From IMG/VR virus record IMGVR_UViG_3300015606_001334, positions 64,001 to 128,000 of that record: 64,000 nucleotides of DNA; one strand, given 5' to 3'. Source of the stretch: a virus (Duplodnaviria; Caudoviricetes). The notes beneath the pieces were generated by a model that was not told the origin of the DNA, made no database searches, and saw only the letters and a list, made by a program, of their open reading frames with translations. Every line of letters starts with the position of its first letter. The first letter of the stretch is position 1. Position numbers and translations under genes: made by a program. This document shows positions 14,519 through 24,790 of this stretch, piece after piece.

Positions 14519-15750
14519 TTCTTGAATACCATATAAGTTGTTGGGTGAACGAAGTTGAAATATCTACCATCGTCGTTTGCATTGAATCCGAATGCTAGCA
14601 TTTCTCCACCAACTAATGAAGAAACCCAGGATATGATTGACTCATCATATCCTTCAGGTAATGTCTTCACATTTACCGATCCGTCATGAATGATAAAGTA
14701 CTTGTTGATCGCAAAATAGAGGATACCGCCTGGCCGGGTATTCGTCACTGCACGTTCTATCCTATTTGCTATGGTTCGCAATGACGTATCTGAATTTATT
14801 ATAGTGATTGACATGTCGTGAAGAACGTCATTGCTATCAAAATTGAAGAATTTTCTGAAGTATTCAACGTCACCTTGAGCAAAAATAGTCGATGGCTTTG
14901 CTGAATTAACAAGGTCGATCAAGAGTTGATCTTGTGCGAACTCTAATTTATCACCATCTATGAATGCGTTCTTTTGAAGATCCCACCAAGATTTTGTTGA
15001 CCTACTACCCGCATATCCATTTCCATTCCTTGAAACCTCTACAGGTCGTGTGCCAGCTTCGTTGATTTGATACTTTTTAAGGAACTCAATAAAAGGAGGT
15101 TTTGCTCGTGGAGTTAACTCAAGAGTTTTTCTGCGCCATTCATTGATGAACTCTCTGTCGAAGTTTTCTCTTGGATAGCCTGAAACATTTGATAGCACTG
15201 AAACGAATTCTTCAATATCACCATTCAACATCAAATTAAACGGAATATTCGTATTACCTTCTGCTTCTTCGTTGAAGTGTGAATGGTATTTGATCATGAT
15301 TTTAGTCCAAAACTCCATGGACTTATCAAGATCGTGTGATTTCATAGCGGTGTCTTGAGTGTACTTGTAGATGATCACGTCACTCAATGTTTCATAATCA
15401 TCGATCGTATAAGAAATCGTCAAGACCTTCGGAAATTGACTAAGAGTTTTCTTGAGGTCGGTAATATGAGTGTGAACAAAATATGGTGGTTCGCCGAAAG
15501 CGAAAGCCATAGAGTTCAACGCATTCATTTTTATGTCGTCGTCATGAATAGGACCCAATCCATGACTTGGATGAATGTAGTGTGAGAAGTCTTGCTCTCT
15601 ACTATGGCAATTTCCATAGCGACTCAGCTTAATTGCTATCTTCTCGTTATATTTAGCCCCAGTTAGGACGGTGGTTAGAAAAACCCCGCCAGTCCCAACC
15701 ATGTATCTAACAGGAATCGTATCCGCTGCTACAAAATTGGTTCTTATCAT
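14515..15750 (-). CDS. two-domain protein (sulfotransferase-like N-terminus, methyltransferase-like C-terminus)
   Basis: YMVGTGGVFL..L loop; RPGGILYF motif. Confidence 0.4.
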   Translation of the reverse strand: MIRTNFVAADTIPVRYMVGTGGVFLTTVLTGAKYNEKIAIKLSRYGNCHSREQDFSHYIHPSHGLGPIHDDDIKMNALNSMAFAFGEPPYFVHTHITDLKKTLSQFPKVLTISYTIDDYETLSDVIIYKYTQDTAMKSHDLDKSMEFWTKIMIKYHSHFNEEAEGNTNIPFNLMLNGDIEEFVSVLSNVSGYPRENFDREFINEWRRKTLELTPRAKPPFIEFLKKYQINEAGTRPVEVSRNGNGYAGSRSTKSWWDLQKNAFIDGDKLEFAQDQLLIDLVNSAKPSTIFAQGDVEYFRKFFNFDSNDVLHDMSITIINSDTSLRTIANRIERAVTNTRPGGILYFAINKYFIIHDGSVNVKTLPEGYDESIISWVSSLVGGEMLAFGFNANDDGRYFNFVHPTTYMVFKK

Positions 15751-16799
15751 TTTGCCTTAGCTGCGATGTTGTCTTTGTAGAAAGCTTCTTGACCAAAGAC
15801 GATAGTCGACCACCAAACTAGGTTCTTAAGTGCTTGCTTAGTGGTGATGTTCTCGAGCTGCTTAGTCGCCTTATTGACGTCATCGCCAACAATCCATTCA
15901 TATTTGCCTGTTTCTTTTTCAATGGCAGCAACAGACGCAGGATCGGCAAGCATTTCATTTAGAGACTTACGTAGAACTTGTGCATTTGGATTAGTCTTGT
16001 CGACCCACAAGCTCTTTTGTAGAGTGTCACGATATTGCTTCACTAGAAGATAAGCATTGTAGAATTCACCAGAAGGTTGAACACCCCACTTCTTTTTGAA
16101 CACTTCTTGGAAGGTCAAGCCTGGGAAGTTTGGATCAAGAGCGACCTTTCCAGTCTTGATGTCCATAGTACCGTGGCTAAACCAATCGGTGTTGTCTGCC
16201 ATAGTCTTGTAGTACTTGTTGTAAGCTGCGGTCGTTTCACGAGTAGCAGTTAGCTCACCACGAATATAAGCAAGACGGCGTTCGCTACCCTTCATGCCAG
16301 GAACGTACTTCATTTTCTGTTTGTAGCAATCGGCGTATTCAGTCATAGACTTATTTGGGCCACACATAAGCATGGTCATAGCCATCGCATCAGGATTCAT
16401 ACCAGAACCTGCTGCAAATTTAACGCCTGCTGAATAAGGGTCAACTTCTTTACGGTGACCGACCATAATTGTCAAATTCTGAAGACCAATTGGAGTATAA
16501 TTGGCATAATTGTAGTCGACCTTATGGATCAAGTAGCTTTCAGCATTACCACCGTGGGCAACCATGATTACCTTTGGATCTTTACGAAGTTCATTGTGGA
16601 ACTTGTTAAAACCTGGAATGTCGTTTGCGCCTGGAATATGCTCAAGTACGATCTTCTCGCCTAGTTTCTTTTCCCATTCTCTTGCTACAACAGAAGCCCA
16701 AACGGAAGTTCCATCTCCTGGATTTTGAGGGATGATTAGTCGATAGTCAGCCATCGCTGAAGTAGTGATCAGAGATAGAACGAGTAGTAGTTTCTTCAT
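15747..16799 (-). CDS. tctC: tripartite tricarboxylate transporter substrate-binding protein (TctC/Bug-like)
   Basis: signal peptide; LIIPQNPGDGT..WA, IVLEHIPGA; adjacent to TctA. Confidence 0.7.
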   Translation of the reverse strand: MKKLLLVLSLITTSAMADYRLIIPQNPGDGTSVWASVVAREWEKKLGEKIVLEHIPGANDIPGFNKFHNELRKDPKVIMVAHGGNAESYLIHKVDYNYANYTPIGLQNLTIMVGHRKEVDPYSAGVKFAAGSGMNPDAMAMTMLMCGPNKSMTEYADCYKQKMKYVPGMKGSERRLAYIRGELTATRETTAAYNKYYKTMADNTDWFSHGTMDIKTGKVALDPNFPGLTFQEVFKKKWGVQPSGEFYNAYLLVKQYRDTLQKSLWVDKTNPNAQVLRKSLNEMLADPASVAAIEKETGKYEWIVGDDVNKATKQLENITTKQALKNLVWWSTIVFGQEAFYKDNIAAKAK

Positions 16800-16808
16800 G
16801 ATTTTCCT

Positions 16809-17525
16809 TTATAGCTGTACGATTTGGTTGGTTGATGCTTTTTCCAGAACTTCTTTAGTCCGTTCAGACGTAAGTCCTGTTAATTGTAGGATAGGTCTAT
16901 CCCAAAAACCCATATTACAGGTGGAATGGGGTAAATCAAACCATTCCCACGTAATGCAATCTCCCTTTTTCCAATTGGTAAAGGTTGCATTTCCGATTTG
17001 CCAGATTTGACCGTGTTTCCAGTCGTCAAGAAAGACGATGAAACGTCTGGCAGAATCTGGATTTATGTCCATTTCGGTCTGTTGAAATGTATTTTCGCGG
17101 GTAAAATGACCTGCAAAATTATCAATATGCCATGGGACCATTTGCCCCATTCTTTGATTGTGAAACTTTATTCCGGAACCGTCAAGGCCAAGATAGTCAT
17201 TGATTGCCTTGAAGATAGGAAAGTCATCAGCAAGGGTACGCTCAAAGATCTTCATTTTAGGATCTGCACCATGCTTGATAAGGTCAGCTTCTTCAGCCTC
17301 AGCAGAGTAAAGGTTGTCGACACCCGGAACTCTATCTGCAAAGGTATTTGGTTTAACACGGGTCAAACACTCTTTAACGGCGTCAGTAAAATCGCCGATA
17401 AATCGACAAACAAAAGTGAAGCTGTCTTTACCAGGTTCTGCTGGAATTGATGGATCAAAATGCCATCTACTTCGATTCTTGGTAAATTCCCATTTTGATC
17501 CATTCCAATTTTCTATTTTTGTCAT
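16809..17525 (-). CDS. 2OG-Fe(II) oxygenase-like protein
   Basis: PWHID...HSTCN...R.ILQLTG facial triad pattern. Confidence 0.7.
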   Translation of the reverse strand: MTKIENWNGSKWEFTKNRSRWHFDPSIPAEPGKDSFTFVCRFIGDFTDAVKECLTRVKPNTFADRVPGVDNLYSAEAEEADLIKHGADPKMKIFERTLADDFPIFKAINDYLGLDGSGIKFHNQRMGQMVPWHIDNFAGHFTRENTFQQTEMDINPDSARRFIVFLDDWKHGQIWQIGNATFTNWKKGDCITWEWFDLPHSTCNMGFWDRPILQLTGLTSERTKEVLEKASTNQIVQL

Positions 17526-18970
17526 ACGTATTTCACTTGCGATTTGTTGAAGAATAACCCATAAATGATTGCCGCTAGGGTTACGAATAGTAGTGTTGCA
17601 CTGATTGGTCTGGCAAAAATATCATTCCACTCATAGAGTATATTGTACTGGCGAAGAGTAGCTTCCAATCTATCGCTTAACACGAAACCAATGATGATTG
17701 CTGCTCGACTAAATTTGAATCTTTTAGCTAGAATGCCAGCTCCGCAACATAGAGCAAACATCGCGTAATCTTCCCAATATCCTGTATATTGAACTGAAGA
17801 CCAAAGCACTAATACGAGAAGTAGCCAGAAATAATAGTTGAATGGGACATTCATCAACTTTACCGCAAATCTGATAAACACTATGCTAATTACAAACGTC
17901 AGCAACATGCTCCACATGTAGGCGTTTGAAAGATTGTTGAAGAACGTCAAATCATTCAGCAAAGCTGGAGAACCAAGTTCCAACCCAACTAGAATGAAGA
18001 GACTCATAATGATCGCTTCAAACGGAGCGGCAGGAATACCAAACAAAACTGTTGGAACATAAGCAGTTGCCTTTTGGGCGTTATTCGCCCCTTCGCAACC
18101 AATTACCCCTTTAATGTTCCCTTCACCAAACGGAATCTTCTCATTCTTATTTAACGCTACCGTTTGGCCATATGCGAGCCAATCGCAAATATTTCCACCA
18201 ACTCCAGGGAGAATGCCAACGAATGCACCAATGAATCCGCCTCGTAGTCCATCCCAACGGTGTTGCCAACTATCCTTCATACCTTGCCAAATCTGACGCC
18301 AAATCCCTGCTGTGTCTATCCTTGTGATTTGCCCCTTTGAGTTGTAAGCTTCAATTAGCTCAGGTACCGCAAGGAAGCCAGCCATCACTGGCATAATCTG
18401 AATGCCGTTCTGAAGATAGTACCAACCGCCAGTAAACCGTGCTGCTCCAGATACTGGATCCTGACCTATAAGGCCAAGGAAAACTCCCAAAATAAGAGCA
18501 ATAATCCCTCTTACCCAGTACTCACTATTGAGGAATACTACTCCACTGAAGGCCAGTAGCAAGAACGCCAGCATTTCAGGCAATCCAAATTTAAGAACGA
18601 ATTGACCGTAGTATGGAAGGAATAGGAACACTAAGGCTCCCCAGATAAATCCATTGACTGTGGAGGTGGTAATTGCGGCACTTAACGCTCGTGCTCCCTC
18701 TCCCCGTTGAGCCATTGGGAATCCATCTACCATTGTGGCAGCCGATCCAGAAGCTCCTGGAATATTCATCATTACGCTGGCGAATGAATCTCCAACTGTC
18801 GACGAAACGACAATAGCAGTCGTGAATACGACAAGTAGATAAGGATCTGCTAGGAAATAGTTGAGGAATGGAAAAATCGTGATTAGTGCGGTTGCAGCAC
18901 CAGCGACGGGTATAATCCCAAACACAAACCCATAAATGGTTCCTGCGATAATAGCGATTGGGTATTCCAT
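17522..18970 (-). CDS. tctA: tripartite tricarboxylate transporter permease TctA
   Basis: GIIPVAG, NIPG..SAAT.VDGFPMA..G, GILPGVG, EGANNA, VPT..FGIP; probable start MEYPIA at 18970. Confidence 0.9.
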   Translation of the reverse strand: MEYPIAIIAGTIYGFVFGIIPVAGAATALITIFPFLNYFLADPYLLVVFTTAIVVSSTVGDSFASVMMNIPGASGSAATMVDGFPMAQRGEGARALSAAITTSTVNGFIWGALVFLFLPYYGQFVLKFGLPEMLAFLLLAFSGVVFLNSEYWVRGIIALILGVFLGLIGQDPVSGAARFTGGWYYLQNGIQIMPVMAGFLAVPELIEAYNSKGQITRIDTAGIWRQIWQGMKDSWQHRWDGLRGGFIGAFVGILPGVGGNICDWLAYGQTVALNKNEKIPFGEGNIKGVIGCEGANNAQKATAYVPTVLFGIPAAPFEAIIMSLFILVGLELGSPALLNDLTFFNNLSNAYMWSMLLTFVISIVFIRFAVKLMNVPFNYYFWLLLVLVLWSSVQYTGYWEDYAMFALCCGAGILAKRFKFSRAAIIIGFVLSDRLEATLRQYNILYEWNDIFARPISATLLFVTLAAIIYGLFFNKSQVKYV

Positions 18971-19200
18971 TATTTGACGAAGTACATGTAGATTAGACCT
19001 GGAATAATGATGGCAAATTGCGGTAGAAAGTTCATCATCAACGCCTTCTCTTTCCAACGATAGCCCACATAAACCCAACCGCTTGCACCAATCATTTGGA
19101 CAAGGCTATTCCAAGGTGTCATGCCTAGAACATGTAAAACCATTGCGCAAAGAATAGTGAAAGCTGATGCCCACTTGATGTACCAAACGTGGTCTCTCAT
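18970..19200 (-). CDS. small membrane protein
   Basis: three hydrophobic helices, KW....P.N...G..GW..VG..W pattern; ATGA coupling at 19200. Confidence 0.65.
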   Translation of the reverse strand: MRDHVWYIKWASAFTILCAMVLHVLGMTPWNSLVQMIGASGWVYVGYRWKEKALMMNFLPQFAIIIPGLIYMYFVK

Positions 19201-19793
19201 TTGATCACCGTCACTAGAACATCTTTCCATACGTTATCAACTTCTACCTCTTGACCGAAGTTTCTCTTTATCCATCCTTTAGTCAAGTAACTCCACTGAG
19301 CGTCATGACTGCAGGCAAAATCGAGAATGTGGTTATTCTGTTCACAGATCGCTGCGTGCATTTTCGCAGAGTTTTCATATGCTTGATAGTTTGGGTACGA
19401 GATCTGGAAGCCACCAGCTTCATGCCACCACGTGTATGAAGCCATGTCAGGTCTGTAGACAAGCATGATCCAATCTTCGTGGAAAACATCCTTAATGTCA
19501 TGAAGAACATAAGCCCATTCATGGCTCTTTACGATTTTCATTCCTTCTTGAGTTTTCCAAGCAGAATCGACGTAAGCTGCAGGATCTGGTCGATCAAAGA
19601 TGAAAGAATCAAATTCCATCCCTGTACCGAAATAAGCGCCTTTATGACCTGAATAAGAGGTGTGACGATACTCGCGATCTGGGGTACAATCAGAATTGTT
19701 TACTCCTTGCATTTTGGAAAGGAGTTGTGAAATTCCTGACCATCTAGATCCTGGTACACCAGTGAAAAACAATCGGTTTGGAAGTTTTGCCAT
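19197..19793 (-). CDS. sulfotransferase-fold-like protein
   Basis: FFTGVPGSRWSG loop, IVKSH, LVYR. Confidence 0.5.
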   Translation of the reverse strand: MAKLPNRLFFTGVPGSRWSGISQLLSKMQGVNNSDCTPDREYRHTSYSGHKGAYFGTGMEFDSFIFDRPDPAAYVDSAWKTQEGMKIVKSHEWAYVLHDIKDVFHEDWIMLVYRPDMASYTWWHEAGGFQISYPNYQAYENSAKMHAAICEQNNHILDFACSHDAQWSYLTKGWIKRNFGQEVEVDNVWKDVLVTVIK

Positions 19794-19829
19794 AAATACT
19801 ATCTCTGAATTTTACTTCCGTTATTTATC

Positions 19830-20363
19830 ATGTCACAGAACACCATTAACGACTACTTCTTGAACCATTGGCTACCTAAGAGCAGTCTGTCAAGATTTGA
19901 AACGTATGAGTTCAGCGGCCTTAAAATCCTTGAAAAGATTGGTGCTGATGATAAAGTGTTGGATGTTGGTTGTGGAAAGAACTTCTTTAAAGGGAAAATA
20001 AAGAATCTTTACGGGATTGACCCTGTCAGTCATTATGCTGATGAAGTTGTCTCAATAGAAGACTTCGTTACAAGAAAGAAGTTTGACGTTGCTTTATGTT
20101 TAGGCAGCATCAATTTCGGATCAAGGAACAACATCATTTCCCAAATTGCAAAAGTAACAGGACTACTCAACCAAAAAGCAAAGATATTTTGGCGTTGTAA
20201 TCCTGGCGCTCATGATCATGGTTCAGATGAATTTAAGAGTATTGAGGTCTATAATTGGACTTTTGATGATCACTATGAATTCGCTGAAATGTTTGGATTC
20301 ATGGTGACTGATATGAAGCCTGACTCAAATAACCGAATTTACGCTGAGTGGTTCAGAACTTAA
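19830..20363 (+). CDS. class I SAM-dependent methyltransferase
   Basis: VLDVGCG, GID, FDVALCLGSINF. Confidence 0.85.
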   Translation: MSQNTINDYFLNHWLPKSSLSRFETYEFSGLKILEKIGADDKVLDVGCGKNFFKGKIKNLYGIDPVSHYADEVVSIEDFVTRKKFDVALCLGSINFGSRNNIISQIAKVTGLLNQKAKIFWRCNPGAHDHGSDEFKSIEVYNWTFDDHYEFAEMFGFMVTDMKPDSNNRIYAEWFRT

Positions 20364-20987
20364 CAGAAGTTCTTTCAATGTTCTGAAATACACATTTGCT
20401 TCAGCTAATGCAAGATCTACTTCTAAGATTCGATCTTCAGGCAAAGAGCTGATCATACGATGGACATGGAAGCAGGGTCTAGCAAAGTTTGCATCCATCC
20501 AGCGTCTAGCCAAAAAGGTATTTAGCTCACGATGAGTTACCTCTTGAGTATCGGCTTTTGCTCTTACCCCATCATCAACGTGGCTAAATTTACCAGGCGG
20601 AAGTAGGATAGCGACGTCATAATGCTTCATCGCAGCAAAACATTCGCTATGATACTCAATCAACCATTCATCGTACTCTCGACTGTTGAATAGTGGTTGC
20701 CAAGTTTTAGCGAAAGCATAAAAATCAGCAGGACACCGCTCAACGAAAGTCCATTCAACTTCATGGTCATCTTTCAATGATTCGTCATTTGTGATTTTCC
20801 AGTCTAGAATCAGATCTTGGAATTCCATTGTCTTGACGGGATCTTTAAGAATGTCATAAAGATCCATTTTCATTTTTCTGAGAATGGCTCGAGCAACTCT
20901 AAATTTATCTACCCTATATCTCAATCCCTCAAGAAGCGTAGATTTTCCGGTACCAGCAGCACCGGAAACCGAGACTAACTTGCTCAT
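20325..20987 (-). CDS. P-loop nucleotide kinase/ATPase (AAA_28/NadR-like)
   Basis: SGAAGTGKSTL, ERCPAD, DDGVR. Confidence 0.75.
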   Translation of the reverse strand: MSKLVSVSGAAGTGKSTLLEGLRYRVDKFRVARAILRKMKMDLYDILKDPVKTMEFQDLILDWKITNDESLKDDHEVEWTFVERCPADFYAFAKTWQPLFNSREYDEWLIEYHSECFAAMKHYDVAILLPPGKFSHVDDGVRAKADTQEVTHRELNTFLARRWMDANFARPCFHVHRMISSLPEDRILEVDLALAEANVYFRTLKELLLSSEPLSVNSVI

Positions 20988-20988
20988 C

Positions 20989-21504
20989 TTACCAATCCTT
21001 GAAAGGATGATCAGCTAGACGAACATTGGTGTACTTTGGATCATGAGTAACTTCTTCACCAATGAAGGAAGGAAGCTCGAATTCTTCATCCTCAGAAGAT
21101 AGTTCGATTTCAGCAACCCATAGACCTTCATTGACTCCATGGAACTGATCAATTTCCCAAGTATGATTACCAACCTTTATCTTGTAACGAGTCTTGTCGA
21201 CAAGATTACCGCAAAAGTTTTCAAGAAGCTGGGTAGCAATATCTTTTCGAATCGCAGCTTCTATTTCAACGCGTGAAATGCCTTCAACTCCTTCAGCCTT
21301 TCCTTTGACGGTCAAATAACCGCCTGGACCAAAATCCAGCGGATTGTCGGTAATTCTGATACGAATTACTTTTTCTGCATCACGGGAAAGATACCCTTGC
21401 GTGATTCGTTCACGATTGCCCCAACCTTGTAGTAGTTCAGGGGTAAGACGCTCTTTTAGTAGGAACTTTCGTTCAATTTCCTTCGGAAGCTCTTGCTCGC
21501 TCAT
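20989..21504 (-). CDS. CYTH-domain triphosphatase/adenylate cyclase-like
   Basis: EIERKFL, QGYL, RIR, KTRY, WEID, AEIEL. Confidence 0.9.
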   Translation of the reverse strand: MSEQELPKEIERKFLLKERLTPELLQGWGNRERITQGYLSRDAEKVIRIRITDNPLDFGPGGYLTVKGKAEGVEGISRVEIEAAIRKDIATQLLENFCGNLVDKTRYKIKVGNHTWEIDQFHGVNEGLWVAEIELSSEDEEFELPSFIGEEVTHDPKYTNVRLADHPFKDW

Positions 21505-21922
21505 TTATGCTCTCCTGTATTTTTGTTTTTGCTGTTTGAATTGCTTGGACGTAATCATCAATTGCTGCATCGTTTCTAAAGATGAATTGGTTTTCAACTT
21601 GAATGTACCCTTTGAACCAGATGTCACGGGTGAAACGAATTCTTGCAGCAATATGTTCAATCAATAGCTTAGCCTTGTAGTAAGCCATCTTAAAGTAATC
21701 ACCATTCTGCATTGCTTCTGAGTACTCGTAGCGAGAATCCCAGGTAGTAAACTGACTGGTGATTACCTTGGAATAGATTTGCAAGTTGACTTGACCACCA
21801 ACATCTTCATCTGCTTCTACGATCAAGCTTTGGTTGTGGTTATCCGCCATGCAAGAGCAGATGGCCTCGTAGAAAACTGCATCCTTAAACTCGGCCACTT
21901 TACAAATATTGTTTGTCGTCAT
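21473..21922 (-). CDS. hypothetical protein
   Basis: ORF coupled to neighbours; probable start MTTNN. Confidence 0.55.
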   Translation of the reverse strand: MTTNNICKVAEFKDAVFYEAICSCMADNHNQSLIVEADEDVGGQVNLQIYSKVITSQFTTWDSRYEYSEAMQNGDYFKMAYYKAKLLIEHIAARIRFTRDIWFKGYIQVENQFIFRNDAAIDDYVQAIQTAKTKIQESINERARASEGN

Positions 21923-22359
21923 TAATTTCTCATTAGTTTGGAGACATCGCAAATGATTGTTCCAGGCGGAAAATCATTTGGACTAAATTCGAAACGGTTT
22001 GGTTGATATGGTGGACAATAAGGGAAGTGATCATGAGGTTGTTTTACCTCGTCTTCCTTACGAATTCTGATGAGTTCTTCAAGTAGGTCTTTAGGAGTTG
22101 GCTTTGGTGCAGGTTTTTGTTGTTCTGCTTGCGGACAAACAAATACCGAATCCACCGATCTAATTGGAAAAATTTCGTAGAAAGCTCCATCTACCGCTAA
22201 GGCGATGTCATATAGAACCTTGTCAAGAGTGAATTGTACCTGAACAACCTTCGCCCGAACTGCAGATGCAGGATCGGTGGTTGTCATGGTTTTGAAATCG
22301 ATTTTATCAACGTTGGGTTGAAAGAGGACGATGTCCCCAATTTTGAATCTGCTATCCAT
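21922..22359 (-). CDS. hypothetical protein
   Basis: 145-aa ORF. Confidence 0.6.
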   Translation of the reverse strand: MDSRFKIGDIVLFQPNVDKIDFKTMTTTDPASAVRAKVVQVQFTLDKVLYDIALAVDGAFYEIFPIRSVDSVFVCPQAEQQKPAPKPTPKDLLEELIRIRKEDEVKQPHDHFPYCPPYQPNRFEFSPNDFPPGTIICDVSKLMRN

Positions 22360-22390
22360 ATTGTTCTTCTTTTTGAATAGATAATGGTTA

Positions 22391-22484
22391 GATTAAGTGT
22401 TGATTAAGTGTTTGATTTGAAACTACTATTCATCAATCTAACCTTAAAATGAATAGATTCGTGAATAGATTCGTGAATAGATTC
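22391..22484. repeat. short intergenic tandem repeats
   Basis: GATTAAGTGTT x2 (22391-22412) and TGAATAGATTCG x~3 (22450-22484). Confidence 0.8.
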
Positions 22485-22507
22485 AGGAGGAATGAAATCC
22501 CTCCTGA
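22483..22507 (-). terminator. hairpin after RNA ligase gene
   Basis: TCAGGAGG/CCTCCTGA stem. Confidence 0.55.
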
Positions 22508-22519
22508 TCTATTTAACGA

Positions 22520-23716
22520 TTAGTTGAACTCAGTTGCATTGCCCTTACGGAGCAGGTAATCTTCATTGATGCTCTTGAGGATGACGCGACCACCCATAGT
22601 CGGGATAGACGGATCCTTACGTTCCTTAGTCGGTTTCACGACACCGCCTTCGGAAATCTGAGTCGGGCAAACCACAGACTTGGTGTGATGAGTCAGCTCG
22701 AGAATCTTTTCCTTGCTGTATGGGCCCTTGTAGAGGACTGGACAACGATCGATTTCCATGATGTCGATGGCCCATGCGAAGGCATCTTCATCAAGGTAAC
22801 GACGAGCAGAACGTTCGCCAATGCAAATGTCGAAAGCACGGAAGAAGATTTCGCCTTGCTTAGCGCCGTAAGTCAAATCTTGTACCGCACCAAACACTTC
22901 ACCTTGAAGGATGAGCGGCTCAATGCTCTTGATTTCGCTAGTACCGAGCAAATGAACACGTAGCTTCAGTAGCTTTTCAAACAGATTGAACTGACGAGCA
23001 GCACGAACATAGACGTTGTTCTTGTTGGCTTCATTGTCCTTGAAGCACAGACCCTGCGCACCAAGACCCTTGGAAGCGATGAAGAAGTAAGCATCACCGT
23101 TACGGCTTTCTTCAGGACCAACGTAGAAATGATCGTCATTGTCGTACTTGTCCATACATGGGAGCAAGCCGATCTGGAAAGAAGTGCCATGCAGCTTTTC
23201 AGTGAAGATGACTTCTTCGCCTTCAACCAAAACGTCAGGATACTTCTTCAGATTTTCGATGTCGTAATCAACAGTCACACTCTGACCTGCGTTGTACACC
23301 TCGCCAGCCATGCCAACCGGAATCGGAGGTTCCCACTTGGTAATGCCAAGAAGCTCAGCAACGTCATCGCCGACGTTGAATTCACGGTCCAGTTGGCCGA
23401 GATACATGGCGATCTTGTTGACAGGGAAAACCAAACCTTGAGAAACTTCACCACGAAGCTTCACCGCCTTTACACGATCTCCCTTAGAACCAGCAAGAAG
23501 ACCCTTTCCTTCTGCTTCGCTCCAGTAACCAAAGAACTGAAGTTGATCTTCAGGGATAACTGCGGCTTCAGGGATGTAGGCGACCAGGTCACCAGTCTTG
23601 TAGAGGTCCTTGCCAACTACGCAACGGTAATCAGCGACTTGGGCAAGCTCCAACTTTTCAGCATTTGGGTGCGGAAGAATGGTAATAGGAACAACTTTAC
23701 ATTCAAAAGTACTCAT
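22520..23716 (-). CDS. RNA ligase, DRB0094/Rnl5 family
   Basis: N-terminal OB fold (HPNAEKLE, KLRG..SQG), EKLHGTS, QGEVFG, AFDI, EGGVV, LKSI...YL. Confidence 0.88.
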   Translation of the reverse strand: MSTFECKVVPITILPHPNAEKLELAQVADYRCVVGKDLYKTGDLVAYIPEAAVIPEDQLQFFGYWSEAEGKGLLAGSKGDRVKAVKLRGEVSQGLVFPVNKIAMYLGQLDREFNVGDDVAELLGITKWEPPIPVGMAGEVYNAGQSVTVDYDIENLKKYPDVLVEGEEVIFTEKLHGTSFQIGLLPCMDKYDNDDHFYVGPEESRNGDAYFFIASKGLGAQGLCFKDNEANKNNVYVRAARQFNLFEKLLKLRVHLLGTSEIKSIEPLILQGEVFGAVQDLTYGAKQGEIFFRAFDICIGERSARRYLDEDAFAWAIDIMEIDRCPVLYKGPYSKEKILELTHHTKSVVCPTQISEGGVVKPTKERKDPSIPTMGGRVILKSINEDYLLRKGNATEFN

Positions 23717-23773
23717 CGGAATTTCTCCACATAAAAGACAAATTATACACTTTGTCTACAATTTTGTAAACTG

Positions 23774-24790
23774 TCAGAGGATTTCTTTTAGGACAGAGAT
23801 GAATCGGTCCGCAGTCAAGAATTTGCTGCAATTTGCATGACCGTGATAGCAATTCTCAAAGTTCCAATAATTGGAGCGCCAGCGAGATTCGCAACCAATG
23901 CATTCAATTTCAGCAGTCAATGCGTATGTTTTACCCTCTTTTCGAATTGGGATTCGATGTTCAGGGGCAACTGAAGTGTAGCCACAGACGATAGGAACAT
24001 TTGTCGTTCCAGCCAAATGAATCGGCCCACTATCAACACCGCAAACCGCCTTACATTCCTTAAAGATTGCAGCAAGAGCTAGAAGAGTTGTCTTATTACG
24101 AAGGTCAACTCCAAACTCTGAAAGATCATTTGGGAGAGAAGTTTTCGGCTTTTGAGCATCAGATAGATTTTGATCCATGTCCGTTTTACCAACAAACACT
24201 GGAATTAGACCTTGAGATTTGATCCACTTAGCGGTCTCAAGAATCGATTCGTTTCTCCATGAGCGAGTTTCATCTCGATACGACGAAACCAAAACTACAG
24301 CCTTAGAGAAATCAACATTGAACTTCGAAAGATCAATTCTGCTAGTGTCAAGTGGAACGTAGCTCAGACGATCATGAGGAATTAGTCGATCAGCGAAGAT
24401 CAAGCTCGCATAATCGGTAAGGTGCATGCTCTTTGGCGTAATTCGAACGAGTCGTGGCTCGACTTTTCGATTGAGAGTACCTACAGCATATTGCGGCGGA
24501 ATTCCCCAAAAGTTGTCCTTCTTGTCAAAGTCAAGATAGTTCTCATCAGGAACGAATTGGAACAAGTCTCGGAACGACATTTTACCGACCACAAGATAGC
24601 TCTTAGGATCGGTATAGTGGTTGTCAATCATATACTTAACAACTGCAGTGGCGGCGATCACGTCACCCATTGCGAAGGTGTTAAGCATAAAGCAGAAAGA
24701 ATCGAGAGTCCTCATCTCTCTAATTCTTCCTGCTTCGGTTATCTCTGATGGAGTTTTAAGGTGTATGAATGGAGTTAGTTGCTGTGTCAT
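23774..24790 (-). CDS. glycosyltransferase family 9 (heptosyltransferase-like)
   Basis: MGDVI, RSW, DLRNKTTL, GVDSGPIHLA. Confidence 0.8.
   Translation of the reverse strand: MTQQLTPFIHLKTPSEITEAGRIREMRTLDSFCFMLNTFAMGDVIAATAVVKYMIDNHYTDPKSYLVVGKMSFRDLFQFVPDENYLDFDKKDNFWGIPPQYAVGTLNRKVEPRLVRITPKSMHLTDYASLIFADRLIPHDRLSYVPLDTSRIDLSKFNVDFSKAVVLVSSYRDETRSWRNESILETAKWIKSQGLIPVFVGKTDMDQNLSDAQKPKTSLPNDLSEFGVDLRNKTTLLALAAIFKECKAVCGVDSGPIHLAGTTNVPIVCGYTSVAPEHRIPIRKEGKTYALTAEIECIGCESRWRSNYWNFENCYHGHANCSKFLTADRFISVLKEIL

Noticed and set aside
22391-22484. CRISPR array
   Set aside because: Repeats are contiguous 11-12-mers with no spacers; no cas genes
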